A stretch of DNA of 64,000 nt from a virus. Under the pieces are notes generated by a model. The model had not been told where the DNA came from and made no database searches. It saw only the letters and a list, made by a program, of their open reading frames with translations. Numbering within the stretch: position 1 is the stretch's first letter; every line of letters starts with the position of its first letter. Both the position numbers and the translations under genes were made by a program. Shown here one piece after another: positions 39,301 through 48,914 of this stretch. Location: positions 96,001 through 160,000 of IMG/VR virus record IMGVR_UViG_3300048033_001096; one strand, written 5' to 3'.

Positions 39301-42300
39301 GATATTACTAGCCCTGGTGCAATACAAAATAAAGTAACAGTTAAAAGTAGAGATTCGTTACAGCTAGTTGGTGATGCAGGTTCTTTAGCAAGAGTAGAAG
39401 AATTATTAACTGATGTTTATAATTCTTTAGAAGATTTAGAAACTCAGCGCCCGTCATTAACTGTTATAGCAACTACGGATTCTACAAACGCACTTACTAC
39501 AGATGCACCGCACGGATTAGTTGAAGGCAGTTTAATTAGCTTTACAGATACATTCCAAGATGTTGATACTTATTATGTTAAAGAGGTACTTAGCTCAACA
39601 CAGCTAACAATTTCAACATACTTTGGCGGACCAGTTGTAGAAGTATCAGATCAAGTAGACTTAATAATTACTGGATATTCGTTAAAAACAGCCAGTGTAG
39701 CTGAAACACCAGCTACACTTAAACAACAGTTTACAAACTTATCTGGTTCGATTGCAGCAATCAAAGGTGCAGTTACTGATTTTATTAATGATAAGTATCC
39801 TACACTTGATTACGATGTTGCAAAGTGTGAAAGAGACGTTGGATACATTGTTGAAGCAGTTGGAAGAGACATGATGTCTAATTCTAATTACTTAACTCAA
39901 ATTGCATCTCAAGCATACTTTAGAGGAACTCAAGCTGATAAAGTTTTAGGCGATCAAAAAAATGCAACTGTACAATCTTATAGAGAGCTTAAAAATGTAA
40001 TTGCAACATATATTAGTGGTGTTGACTTAGCTAAAAAGCGCACAAATGCATTAATGGATATTATTATTAATATGCTTGACAAAGGTAATGGCAATACTCC
40101 GGAAATTCACGGAACTGTTACATACTTTAATGATAAAGAAACAATTAATGCTGTTGACATACTAAAAGCTAACAAAAACTTCTTAGCAAACGAAGCAACT
40201 GCTTGGATTACTGCATCATTTGGTGGTACAGTTACTGACATTGAAGGATCGCCGGGAACTATTAGATTTGCTAATGATCATAACTTAATTGTTGGTGACC
40301 CAATTGTATTTGATGATAATGCATTTGGTGACTTAGTAGCAGGACAAACATACTATGTTGTAAATGTAACTGACACATCAGGAGTTGAAATTTCAGACGA
40401 GGTAGACGGCGAGGCACTGGTCCTTGACGTAGCTTCAGGGTCGAGCGTAGCATTATATGATTATGATCCTGCATTGTGTCGTAGAGACATGGAGCGTTAT
40501 ATTGAGGCTATTGTTTATGACTTACAATATCCAGGAAATCATAAATCTTGGAAAGCAGCAGAACTTTATTTAAATGCTGTTAATGGTTCAGAAAAATCAG
40601 ATATGTATCATGTACGTAATGCAACTGGTGTTCGTAATCAAACTGTTAACGGGTTGCGCGGCAACTTAACAGAGCTTAATGATTTTGGTACAAGACGCCC
40701 AACAGCTGGTGCATATGTATCACTAGATCCTGGGTTTGGTCCAAATGATACTGAAGCCTGGGTAACTAATAAATCGTGTTATGTACAAAACGTATCAACA
40801 TTTGGTGTAGGATGCGTAGGTTGTAAAATTGACGGTGCTATCCATTCAGGCGGTAACAGATCAATTGTTAGTAACGACTTTACACAGATTCTAAGTGACG
40901 GTATTGGAGTATGGTGTAGTGGTAACAACTCACTAACAGAGCTTGTTTCAGTATTCGCATATTATAACTATTCAGGTTACTTAGCAGACTTTGGCGGAAG
41001 AATTCGTGCAACAAATGGTAACAGTTCTTACGGTACATACGGTGTTATTGCTGAAGGTACTGACACTGGTGAAGAACCAATTACAGCAACTATTGATAAC
41101 CTTTCTCAAGATGCAATAATTTACGGTGTACCAACTGACGGTGAAGAAGAAGTACTTGGTTTTGAATTTGCAAACGTGGGTACAGGATACACTAATGCCG
41201 AAGTTGCTATTAGCGGTACTGGATTTAATGCAGCCGTTAAAGTAGACGAGTTCCGTGACCGAGCTGTTGTTGAAACACGTATTATTGATCTAAACGACGG
41301 TAACGGAATTGGCGGCTCTGATTATATTACTGCACAAAACGTTGCACAGGGCGGCAGTGCTGTACACTTGCAACTCGCTGCAACTGATTTTGCTTTAAGT
41401 ACTGCATATGTAGGAATGAATGCACAAATAACAGCAGGTACAGGAGTTGGACAATATGCTAAAATATTAGCGTTTAACAACGGTACAAAAAATGCAACAG
41501 TTTATAAACCAAGCATTGATCCGTTTACAATTACTGGAACAACTGCAAGTACTGATATTGTTACAATTACAGGAAATTACGAGCAACTTAGTGTAAACGA
41601 CCCAGTTTATGTTGCTGAAGCAGTAGGTGGACTTGATGCAGGTACAACTCCAAGTCGCGTTTACTATGTTATTACTAATAACTTAGACGGAACTATTCAG
41701 TTAAGTGACGAAGAAGGAGGAGCAGCAGTAACGCTTACAACTACAGTAGGACAGTCTGTTAAACTGTATGTTGCAGGATGGGACAATGTTATTCCGGGCA
41801 AGTTGGCAGAAGTTGAATTAAACTTAACAACAGGTTATACAATTGAACCTTCGGTTCATTATACAGAGCCAGGATTTACAACTAATTCTAGTACAACAGC
41901 AGATGCCATTGGTTTTGATAGAGTTGAATATGCTCTTGGTAGATATGTAGCATTTCCAAATAATGGTACACAAACTAACTACTCACTAGACGGTAAGACT
42001 TGGATACAAGGTGGCGTACTACCAGCAACAGGCAATTGGAGTGCAAGTGCATACGGCGGAGGCGACGGCGCAATTGCAACTGCTATTGTTGGCGGACTAG
42101 GTGGTTCGGGTGCAGTACTTGAAGCAGAACTAGGTGAGATTAATAGTATTGGTCTTCCAGGACCAACACAGATTGCAAGAATAAATGTAATTAATGGCGG
42201 AACTGGATTTGTAACTGCACCAACTATTGTGTTTACTTCAGTCCAAGGCGGCGGCGGCGCAAGTGCTGTTGCAACTGTTAAAGACGGATCGATTCAAAGC

Positions 42301-44583
42301 ATTATTATTACAAGTACAGGAGCTGGTTACGCAGCAGCACCAACAGTAACAGCAGAAACTGACAGAGTTACAGAAATTATTGTAAATGCTCGCGGTAGAG
42401 GATATTTAAGTGCTCCAACAGTGACACTTTCCGGCGGTGGCGCAAGCACACAAGCTCAAGTAACTGCTATTACAGAAAATCAAGGCGTAACAATTATTAG
42501 CATTGATGAAGATGAAGATAATAATCCTTTAAGAGGCAGCGGCTACACTAGTGCTCCAACAGTAACTATTACAGATACTGATGCAAAATGGGTAGCAATA
42601 GCACCGGGTTCTATTAACAATGCATATTTGTTGCAGTCAGATGCAGCTAATGCAGTTTGGACAGTTGGCAATCCTTTACCAAACTCAGGAATAGCAGATA
42701 TTGCATATGGTAATGGTACGTGGACTGTAGTTGGCGGTGCAGGAGGCACAGGAAGTGCAGGAACGTCAACTGACGGTATTACTTGGGTGTCAAGAACTAA
42801 TACAACACCAGCAGCTGGTGATTTTGTAAGTGTTGCATACGGAAGTACAAGGTTTGTTGCAATTAACGACAACGGATTTACATCGTATAGTTCCAATGGT
42901 ATTACTTGGACTGCAGGCGGATCACTACCTGGTACAGAAACAGATTGGAAAAAAGTTGTTTACGGTAACGGTCGATTTGTTGCAATAAGCAGCAGCGGTG
43001 ACCAAGCTATAAGTTATGACTTTGGTGAAAACTGGTTTGCAGGATCAACATCTCTTGCTAATATTTCTAGTAATCCAAATGACTGGGAAACAGTAGAATA
43101 CGGACAAGGTTTATTCCTTGCAAGTGGATCATCTGGAGGAATTTTTGCAACTTCACAAGATGGTGTAATTTGGACAGATAGAACAATTGGAGGAACAGCA
43201 GGTTATGCAGGAATAGCATTTGGTAACACATCAAATACTCCATTATGGGTAGCTGTAACAGGAAGTGGATCTAATGACGCAAGATGGATTGAAACTGGTG
43301 CTAGACCGAATGGTAGAACTTATGTTGACGATGATAATATTGTACAGTTTACGTTAAGAGAACCAGGCTCAGGATTCCCCGAAGGTAACATTGTAAGTAC
43401 AACAGCACCAAATACTATTGAAGTAGACACAACATCAAACTTGTTTATTGGTCAACCAATTACATTTGACGGTAGTGATATTGATGCAGTTGGATTAGAT
43501 TCAGAAGTTGTGTATTATATTTCCGACATACCAACAAGTACTACTATTGAAGTATCGTTAATTAAAGGAAGTGATCCGTTTGACATTACATCGGTTAACG
43601 CAAATAATATTGGAACAATAATATTCCAAGCAGGCCCTTCTGTAACAATTGGAGATCCAAACGCAACTGTAGAAGTAGCAGTAAATCCAAGAATTAGAAG
43701 TGGAACATTAGCACAACCGTCATTTACTAATAGAGGTGCAGGATATACTACTGCAACTGCTGAATTAGGCGGCGACGGTAATGCTGATTTGTATCAGCCA
43801 AGTACATTTATATCATTACGTGGATTATTTGAATTACCAGAGCCAGGCTCAAACGTTGTATTTGATAATATTCTAAACAGATGGTATAAATTGGTTACAA
43901 TTAGTAATGTTATTGGACAACCGGGTGAATACACAGCAACGTTCCAAATTAGTCCAGGACTTAATACACTTAATGCTCCTAAGGACGGAACTAAAATTAC
44001 AACTACTAACAAATATTCGCAAGTACGCCTAACAGGACATGACTTCTTGTATATTGGTACAGGCAACCAAGCTAAAACAAACTATCCGTTTGTTGATATT
44101 ACAACAGCAAGTATTGATAGACAACAGTTAAGCAGTGGCGGCGGACGAGTATTCTTTACAAGTACTGACCAAGATGGTAACTTTAACGTTGGTGGCTTGT
44201 TTGGAGTCCAACAGTCCACAGGTACTGCGACATTGGATGCTGATGCATTTAACTTAGCAGGATTGCAGTCATTGCAACTTGGTGGTATTGCTGTTGGTAT
44301 TGGATCGGCTATTATTACACAGTTTAGTACAGACCCGTTCTTTACTGAAAATAGTGATAGTATTGTTCCAACACAACGTGCTATTAAGAGTTATATTACA
44401 GCACAGATTGGTGGTGGTCAGTCAAGTCTAAACGTTAACACATTAACAGCAGGTGTTGTGTTTATTGCAAATGACGAAATTACTACAACAAGCGGCGGAC
44501 AGCTAAATATTAAAGCGAAAATGAATTTTACAGGTGGTATTGACGGAGCTCCAGTAGCACTTGGATACTTCTTATCTAGATAA
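33337..44583 (+). CDS. Giant virion/fibre protein B2 (paralogue of B1)
   Basis: 3748 aa; same architecture as B1 plus about ten CxRDxGYxxDAxxYDLxYGxN repeats; late box 33304-33311. Confidence 0.75.
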   Translation: MAEFKLGRIRFVWQGDWSADRTYVADDVVSFGGKSYICIRNHTSTASFQNDFDSEIKKWDIVSDGTAWQGDWEPEFSYAPGDVVRYGAIVYIAETGHVSATFESPDFLGLEADLDKWTPFATSFDWKSDWETATRYKINDLVRYGGFVYLCNTAHVSAATVALGLENDQGKWTLFSDGLVYLGEWVTENRYRLNDVVKYGGNVFICTTPHTSNDFISDEVNWDVFIEGFQFEDSWNNSTVYQIGDTITYGGYVYVAKTNNTNAQPTASPDDWEVFTTGFAFQGDWSSLDSYKVGDVVRLGGNTYVGIADSLDQEPPNDTYWSRLNSGINWTRSVESFSQVAGTNAAGQSGSGARFDVVKSNTVYTVSVSTGFTGTGYAENDVITLSGADVGGTTPANDIVVTVTGVTAGAVDSITHTGFSSSWIAGKDYHVGDVVIYGASSFICVTKNTSETDNRPDNDTEAVYWNILTIGSEALSLEVSGDMVYYGNNGPTRLPIGVDGQILRATDGFPEWANYGLIDNVVYVGPLGTDIPAPESGLTIDKPFASVRYALDQIRNGYLNPKTRDVLRNNKQFLIKEASEWVKYNYNVQITASASGTRTFTCNSTENLRDGIPFVFSGDVFGGVTAGTTYYIDAIISSTEFRISDTQGGISIILTDDTGTMEGNASVNFDNLEADCARIVDGIIYDVSRGGTLKTTTATNLYYVNTYTFSVESNNYVSQEVQEQKTINQEVYTKLKDIIDDVVNNRHPVNYQALNDISVEDRAQQVLDLDLVAEDRGKEKAGDLLDIVVNGIVAGSNTAIALPVLPNTTVFIKTGTYNEVLPMILPEYTAVVGDELRTSVVQPRPAIAKLANDKNKTTSALNRIKDLAPKVIQNIEVEKTAGNTAIQQYVNGYGGTTTTTNRLNNGIEKLSDILEKGLTEVDLLPNVGPVPTSGSNNASDSGFANAIAQIEANVDFIVAEQTAWIQAQVDGEIAPFASDFTFDTANCERDTRYILDALRYDLTYGGNLETTVAARSYFVDGNPVYGTGKKEETLATYAHLKLIVSDIIIEAAITPTVGNDVTQNTDGDAGSAAAETFADTRIQEIYDTIDTDGTLPTPVLPDTSWVDGVVSSVVSDFVAVKADIQSGAIEWVNENYPTLDYNQTKCERDVGYFVDALEYDILFGSTFRSTKAGMSYRRAISSAEVVIDSQLEPTIGTVDYTRDRIKYYTTRTAKVDESTDLILDILENGSGSIPSSYTYTDPAGYDTGFLNARRLISVNKDFIVSEIDAFMTDNYGAFWVALDSDSKAQWLEDLDEQVEALKYDLTYRGNLATIIQSRLYYDLQGAFVRGANEKTESLAAQQRLIDIISDIALGTLITKSTSNADTQDNTGTAGSAGAAAFAQDRAQEIYESADSGLEPALISPSTAWTDAALQDLKTVLDSRSETIQLAATDYIDFLYPTLDYDTSLCQRDVGYMIDGIGYDVIFDSNYLTVQNAIAYRRGTVSTELVLSSQLQETLSTIRFVNSTLTEITKGVVSDTGTRAAGDAAFKLVKDMNTIIQNGLEALPPISYPTAPGYNTADFADTAYATTSNTTGATTTYGDAADQIVANYEFIQDEVRKWLEDSNNGYDVIWGSITPDGQDRCIRDVGYILDAVRYDLTYGGNTQSLIAGSAYYSNFVLTISAAELPATLAAYARLKEVVEEVIAETTVTTSPGVTEVQDTSGTPGNTSSIEFAGDRIDDVLDYINNANPNDTIEIANSWQQKGITKSYNRIKNRKDEIVEDVVFYVEKFHQELQYNQDTCRRDAALMVDAIARDLYTGSNFATTKAGMSYYRLIASALEVVNNELYATVNSVEFLAQKIRKVATVSANASIDLLITDITSFINGGKVPINKWVIADDSDTADVAAASIIWENKAYIVAEVIAFLDDAYPELTYNKDKCRRDTGMLVDAVRYDLTYGSNYATQKFAEFYYQKNFNEEFEIVISTDEKAATLAAYDYAKQILTGLAVNDITSPGAIQNKVTVKSRDSLQLVGDAGSLARVEELLTDVYNSLEDLETQRPSLTVIATTDSTNALTTDAPHGLVEGSLISFTDTFQDVDTYYVKEVLSSTQLTISTYFGGPVVEVSDQVDLIITGYSLKTASVAETPATLKQQFTNLSGSIAAIKGAVTDFINDKYPTLDYDVAKCERDVGYIVEAVGRDMMSNSNYLTQIASQAYFRGTQADKVLGDQKNATVQSYRELKNVIATYISGVDLAKKRTNALMDIIINMLDKGNGNTPEIHGTVTYFNDKETINAVDILKANKNFLANEATAWITASFGGTVTDIEGSPGTIRFANDHNLIVGDPIVFDDNAFGDLVAGQTYYVVNVTDTSGVEISDEVDGEALVLDVASGSSVALYDYDPALCRRDMERYIEAIVYDLQYPGNHKSWKAAELYLNAVNGSEKSDMYHVRNATGVRNQTVNGLRGNLTELNDFGTRRPTAGAYVSLDPGFGPNDTEAWVTNKSCYVQNVSTFGVGCVGCKIDGAIHSGGNRSIVSNDFTQILSDGIGVWCSGNNSLTELVSVFAYYNYSGYLADFGGRIRATNGNSSYGTYGVIAEGTDTGEEPITATIDNLSQDAIIYGVPTDGEEEVLGFEFANVGTGYTNAEVAISGTGFNAAVKVDEFRDRAVVETRIIDLNDGNGIGGSDYITAQNVAQGGSAVHLQLAATDFALSTAYVGMNAQITAGTGVGQYAKILAFNNGTKNATVYKPSIDPFTITGTTASTDIVTITGNYEQLSVNDPVYVAEAVGGLDAGTTPSRVYYVITNNLDGTIQLSDEEGGAAVTLTTTVGQSVKLYVAGWDNVIPGKLAEVELNLTTGYTIEPSVHYTEPGFTTNSSTTADAIGFDRVEYALGRYVAFPNNGTQTNYSLDGKTWIQGGVLPATGNWSASAYGGGDGAIATAIVGGLGGSGAVLEAELGEINSIGLPGPTQIARINVINGGTGFVTAPTIVFTSVQGGGGASAVATVKDGSIQSIIITSTGAGYAAAPTVTAETDRVTEIIVNARGRGYLSAPTVTLSGGGASTQAQVTAITENQGVTIISIDEDEDNNPLRGSGYTSAPTVTITDTDAKWVAIAPGSINNAYLLQSDAANAVWTVGNPLPNSGIADIAYGNGTWTVVGGAGGTGSAGTSTDGITWVSRTNTTPAAGDFVSVAYGSTRFVAINDNGFTSYSSNGITWTAGGSLPGTETDWKKVVYGNGRFVAISSSGDQAISYDFGENWFAGSTSLANISSNPNDWETVEYGQGLFLASGSSGGIFATSQDGVIWTDRTIGGTAGYAGIAFGNTSNTPLWVAVTGSGSNDARWIETGARPNGRTYVDDDNIVQFTLREPGSGFPEGNIVSTTAPNTIEVDTTSNLFIGQPITFDGSDIDAVGLDSEVVYYISDIPTSTTIEVSLIKGSDPFDITSVNANNIGTIIFQAGPSVTIGDPNATVEVAVNPRIRSGTLAQPSFTNRGAGYTTATAELGGDGNADLYQPSTFISLRGLFELPEPGSNVVFDNILNRWYKLVTISNVIGQPGEYTATFQISPGLNTLNAPKDGTKITTTNKYSQVRLTGHDFLYIGTGNQAKTNYPFVDITTASIDRQQLSSGGGRVFFTSTDQDGNFNVGGLFGVQQSTGTATLDADAFNLAGLQSLQLGGIAVGIGSAIITQFSTDPFFTENSDSIVPTQRAIKSYITAQIGGGQSSLNVNTLTAGVVFIANDEITTTSGGQLNIKAKMNFTGGIDGAPVALGYFLSR

Positions 44584-44600
44584 AAGGACGGAGATAAAAA

Positions 44601-44921
44601 ATGGCAACAGGAAGACTAGGAGTACAAGACTTAACGGCAGATACAGATACCACTGTATATACTGTTCCAGTCGGTACATATGCAGTAGCAAACGTTTCTA
44701 TTACTAATAGAAATGAAGCAGCGATTTCGATGAAATTGGCAATGGCAACAACAGGCATACCTACAGACGAAGAATGGGTCGAATGGAATACAATTATTAT
44801 TCCAAACGGTGTTTTTGAACGTACAGGGTTAGTTATGCAAGGCGGGCTAAATATAGTAGTAAATACTAATGCAAGCAATGTTGGAGTAACAGTCTATGGC
44901 ATCGAAACATCAACAACGTAA
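44601..44921 (+). CDS. Small virion protein, paralogue 3 of 3
   Basis: 106 aa; VYTVP..YAVANVSITN..FERTGLVM..GIE. Confidence 0.7.
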   Translation: MATGRLGVQDLTADTDTTVYTVPVGTYAVANVSITNRNEAAISMKLAMATTGIPTDEEWVEWNTIIIPNGVFERTGLVMQGGLNIVVNTNASNVGVTVYGIETSTT

Positions 44922-44939
44922 TCGATAGGGGAATAAAGA

Positions 44940-47147
44940 ATGGCACGTTATAATACAGCACCACAAACACTGGAAGTAGATGGCGAAACTGAATTCACCT
45001 ATGCGTTTACAGGTGGAATTATTAGTTTAACTGGAACACCAGGGTATACTGTTACAATGGTAAGTCCGGTGTTCTTCCCAGGCAGTAGACAAACATTTTA
45101 TAATGCTACTGCTGACATGATTACTATATCTACATCAGCAGGACAAATTACAGGTAACGGTGTAACACTTGGATCGTCAGTAGATATTCCAACAAACTCT
45201 ACATACCAATTAACTTCAGATGGTGCAAACTACGTACTGACAAGTGCGTTAGCAGGTACTACAGTATTTGAATTACCAGTTACATTTAATGATGTACTAA
45301 ATGCAGATGGCCCAGTAGAACTTAACCCAGCAGACCAAGATGTACAATTAAAACCTACAGGCACAGGTACAGTTGACATTAGTCCACAATCCTCCGTTTC
45401 AATTCAGCCAGGTGGACAAGCAACTATTCGACCTTCAGGTAACTTAACATTAAGTTCGTCTACAGGAACACTTTCGATAGGTGATGCAGGAAAAGAAACA
45501 GCATTTCCGGGTAATATTTCTTTTACAACAAATGGTCAAACAGTTACACTATCACCTACAGGGGCAACTAGCGCAGTTACCATTGATCCAGAAGGACCAG
45601 TTGTAATTGGCTCAGGTGATACTGTATCTATTAGTTCGGACAGTGCAGGAACTATTGATGGATTAAATATTGGCGCAACTACTCCGGGTACAGGTAGATT
45701 TACTACATTATCAGCAAGTGGAAATACTACTTTTAGTTCTTCAACAGCAAGCTCAGGAACAGGTAGCGGAGCTGTAGTTGTTACAGGTGGAGTTGGCATT
45801 GGTGGTGCATTATATGCAGGGTCAATTGACGGCACACCAATTGGCGGAACTACAAAAGCAGCAGGCGGATTTACAACATTAACTGCAAGTGATGCAGTAA
45901 CGTTTACAAAAAATACAGCATCAACTAATACTACAAGCGGTACACTGGTCATAACAGGCGGCTTAGGTGTAAGCGGAGCACTTTATTCAGGTAGCTTTCA
46001 AGGTCCAATTGGTAACGTAAGCAGTAACACCGGCACATTTACAAGCGTTAATGCAAGTGGTGTTGTTGATATTACAGGAACAGGCGATGCAACAAATGCA
46101 ACAGGCGACACAGGTCAATTGCGTTGTGAAGGCGGTGCAAGTATTGCTAAACGTGTTTACTCAGGAGGCGGCTTTGTAGGTGCAATTGGTAACATATCAA
46201 GAAGCACAGGTGCATTTACTACACTAACTGCAAACGACACAGTTACATTTAGTCCGTCAAATAAAAATGTTACACTATCGCCAACAGGAACAGGTACAGT
46301 TACAATTTCACCTGCAGGGTCTTTAACACTAAATCCAGGCAGTGGTACAATTAACAATATGTCAATTGGTGCTAGTAGTGCAAGCTCAGGTAGTTTTACA
46401 TCTTTAAGTGCAAGTGGTAATTTTAGTTACAACGGTAATGGTACACTAGGTAATGCTACAAGTGATACACATACCATGAATGGCATATTAAATATTAATA
46501 GAGGCCTTATTAACTTATACGGTACTGCTAATCCAAGTATTACATTTAACGGATCAAGTGACGCAGGCGTTGATGCAGAAATTAGAGCAACTCCTGAAGG
46601 ATTAGACTTTAGAGAGCCAGAAGATTCAAATAAAATTTGGTTCCAAATTAAAGATGACACGGGCTGTAACATAAATGTTGGGTCATTCCAAATGGCAGGC
46701 TCAGATGTTATTGACTCATCTAAGAATATGACAAGTATACGTTGTATTGGTGTTAACACAGCTGATCCAAACGTTGCAGGACGTATTACTGCTACTGAAA
46801 ACATTATTTCAAACACGTCAGATAAAAGACTTAAGACAAATGTTAAAAACATCGATAGTGCATTGGATAAAGTTATGTCACTTAATGGTATAACATATAA
46901 CTGGAACGAAACAGCAATTGCAGCCGGCTTTAACGCTGAAGTTGAAGAAGTAGGTTTAATTGCTCAAGAAGTACAAGCAATTCTTCCACAAGTAATACAT
47001 GATGCACCTTTTGATAGGGGCGAAGAAGGTGAAAGTATTTCAGGCGAAAATTATATAACGCTGCAATACGAAAGAATTGTACCTTTATTAGTTGAAGCAA
47101 TTAAAGAATTAAAAGAACAAATAAATACATTAAAGGGAGACAAATAA
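44940..47147 (+). CDS. Tail fibre with C-terminal intramolecular chaperone (peptidase S74)
   Basis: 735 aa, Ser/Thr/Gly-rich repeats (GAVVVTGGVGIGGALY; GxFTTL); SDKRLKTNV, GLIAQEVQ and LVEAIKEL S74 motifs. Confidence 0.85.
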   Translation: MARYNTAPQTLEVDGETEFTYAFTGGIISLTGTPGYTVTMVSPVFFPGSRQTFYNATADMITISTSAGQITGNGVTLGSSVDIPTNSTYQLTSDGANYVLTSALAGTTVFELPVTFNDVLNADGPVELNPADQDVQLKPTGTGTVDISPQSSVSIQPGGQATIRPSGNLTLSSSTGTLSIGDAGKETAFPGNISFTTNGQTVTLSPTGATSAVTIDPEGPVVIGSGDTVSISSDSAGTIDGLNIGATTPGTGRFTTLSASGNTTFSSSTASSGTGSGAVVVTGGVGIGGALYAGSIDGTPIGGTTKAAGGFTTLTASDAVTFTKNTASTNTTSGTLVITGGLGVSGALYSGSFQGPIGNVSSNTGTFTSVNASGVVDITGTGDATNATGDTGQLRCEGGASIAKRVYSGGGFVGAIGNISRSTGAFTTLTANDTVTFSPSNKNVTLSPTGTGTVTISPAGSLTLNPGSGTINNMSIGASSASSGSFTSLSASGNFSYNGNGTLGNATSDTHTMNGILNINRGLINLYGTANPSITFNGSSDAGVDAEIRATPEGLDFREPEDSNKIWFQIKDDTGCNINVGSFQMAGSDVIDSSKNMTSIRCIGVNTADPNVAGRITATENIISNTSDKRLKTNVKNIDSALDKVMSLNGITYNWNETAIAAGFNAEVEEVGLIAQEVQAILPQVIHDAPFDRGEEGESISGENYITLQYERIVPLLVEAIKELKEQINTLKGDK

Positions 47148-48011
47148 ATGGCTACTTGTTTATATGTAGATGGTATTAGGTTCCCAAACGGAACTTGCCA
47201 AAGAACACAAGGCGTCACATCGGGCGGAATGTTTCAGTGCTATAACACATGTATGGTGTGTTGCGGACCACACAGATGTAGATCACACTGCGGACGTTGT
47301 GGTACTTGGACTGCACCAACATGTGCTTCAGAAATAAAATTTGAAGTATGGAGCGGCGGCGGCAGTGGCGCTGGATTTTGTTGTAGAAACTGTTTTTGCG
47401 ACATTGCTAGTTGTGGTGCGTTAAGCGGTTATTATGGCACAAAAACTATTAGACGAATTGACGGACAGTTTGTACCGGGATGTACTTATAACTTCTGTGT
47501 AGGTGCAGGCGGTAACGGGACAACAAACAACGGATGTGGTTGTTTTACTGCATGTTGTGATGCGCCAAGGGGTTGCACATCATGGGTTAGTGGTTCAGGA
47601 TTATGTTGTACGTGTATGACAGGTGGCCGAGGTGGATATAATATCTATTGTGTATGTTACTGTATTAACCAAGGTAACAGAACAGACGGCATGTGTAACA
47701 ACGGACTGTGTATTGGTTGTAAATGGGATTTCGTTGACTTAGGTAACGAACCTTATTTTAATAGATATCGATCAAATGTTAACTGTGCATCACGTTCGTC
47801 TGGTATTTCTGAATCTTGGGGTATAAAAAACGGACATATGCATTCGATGCAAACAGGTACTAAGTACTGTGGTTGTACAAATTGCTGTAGAGGATTTAGA
47901 CAAATTGCTAAAGCAGGATCTAACTTAATTAAAGCGGTATGCGGCCAAGACTTAGGAAACTGTCGTGGAACACCTGGTAACCCTGGATTAGTAAGAATTA
48001 CTTGGAGATAA
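47148..48011 (+). CDS. Cys/Gly-rich putative fibre-tip adhesin
   Basis: 287 aa, 38 Cys by hand count; WTAP..IKFEVWSGGGSG, VGAGG and PGLVRITW glycine-rich adhesin scaffold. Confidence 0.6.
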   Translation: MATCLYVDGIRFPNGTCQRTQGVTSGGMFQCYNTCMVCCGPHRCRSHCGRCGTWTAPTCASEIKFEVWSGGGSGAGFCCRNCFCDIASCGALSGYYGTKTIRRIDGQFVPGCTYNFCVGAGGNGTTNNGCGCFTACCDAPRGCTSWVSGSGLCCTCMTGGRGGYNIYCVCYCINQGNRTDGMCNNGLCIGCKWDFVDLGNEPYFNRYRSNVNCASRSSGISESWGIKNGHMHSMQTGTKYCGCTNCCRGFRQIAKAGSNLIKAVCGQDLGNCRGTPGNPGLVRITWR

Positions 48012-48830
48012 ATGATAATGAATGATAATATTGATAACGAAGAACTAGAAAGTGAAGTAGTTGATTATCGCACTCTCGAATTAACCGACGAACATGGTAC
48101 TGAATGGGTTGAGGTTAATTACACATACGACTGTCCTATTAGTAATTACTTAGACGGTGAAGAAACTGAAACAATTGACATGGTATATAAAGGTCCTAGA
48201 TATTTGTATATGTATGTTAATAAAGACGATGAAGAGTTAGATAGAAATGGAGAGTTTGAAACGGTATTGAGAGAATTTGAAGTACGTCTCGAAACTAGTG
48301 ATTTTACAAATCTTCCTGGAGAAGTAGAAATTATTAAGTTGGATGCTACAAAGGATCCGTTAGGAGCAGAAGTATTATCTGATTATCATAATAACTATAT
48401 GGACATGGAAGAATGGGAAGAAACACCTAGCGAAAAAACAATCCCAGAAACTCCAATTGACGGTTATGGCTATTTTTCATACGAATATCCAATTCATCCA
48501 GACGAGTTATATGACGATAAAAAGACACGCTGGAACTTCGAAACAGGCGAACTCGATTTATACAAAAACACTAATAGTGATGTATTAGGTGAAACACGAA
48601 CTTGGAAAAGTATTAAGGTAGAGAGAAATGAAAGACTAGCCGAAGCTGATGTTCCGGCAATGACTTTTGCTGTTGTAGACCCTGATAGAGCAGCAGGTAT
48701 AGAAACATATAAACAGCTTCTCAGAGATTTCCCACAAAAAATGGCAGAAGCAGGAATTGATATGATTTTTGTTGATTCATGCTGGCCTGAATGTGCAGAA
48801 TTAGATGACGATTACGGTCTAGACGATTAA
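48012..48830 (+). CDS. Tail fibre assembly chaperone-like protein
   Basis: C-terminal WKSIKVERNERLAEAD..YKQLLRDFPQ..WP motif of Tfa-like chaperones; acidic N-terminal domain. Confidence 0.7.
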   Translation: MIMNDNIDNEELESEVVDYRTLELTDEHGTEWVEVNYTYDCPISNYLDGEETETIDMVYKGPRYLYMYVNKDDEELDRNGEFETVLREFEVRLETSDFTNLPGEVEIIKLDATKDPLGAEVLSDYHNNYMDMEEWEETPSEKTIPETPIDGYGYFSYEYPIHPDELYDDKKTRWNFETGELDLYKNTNSDVLGETRTWKSIKVERNERLAEADVPAMTFAVVDPDRAAGIETYKQLLRDFPQKMAEAGIDMIFVDSCWPECAELDDDYGLDD

Positions 48831-48854
48831 TATATAATTTAAAAATCTTACTTT

Positions 48855-48881
48855 AAAAGGCTTGGCAACAAGCCTTTTTTT
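48855..48881 (+). terminator. Intrinsic terminator ending the fibre operon
   Basis: AAAAGGCTTG-GCAA-CAAGCCTTTTTTT. Confidence 0.9.
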
Positions 48882-48914
48882 GTGCCAGATCTAAATTTAT
48901 TTGTAAGAAGGTAC

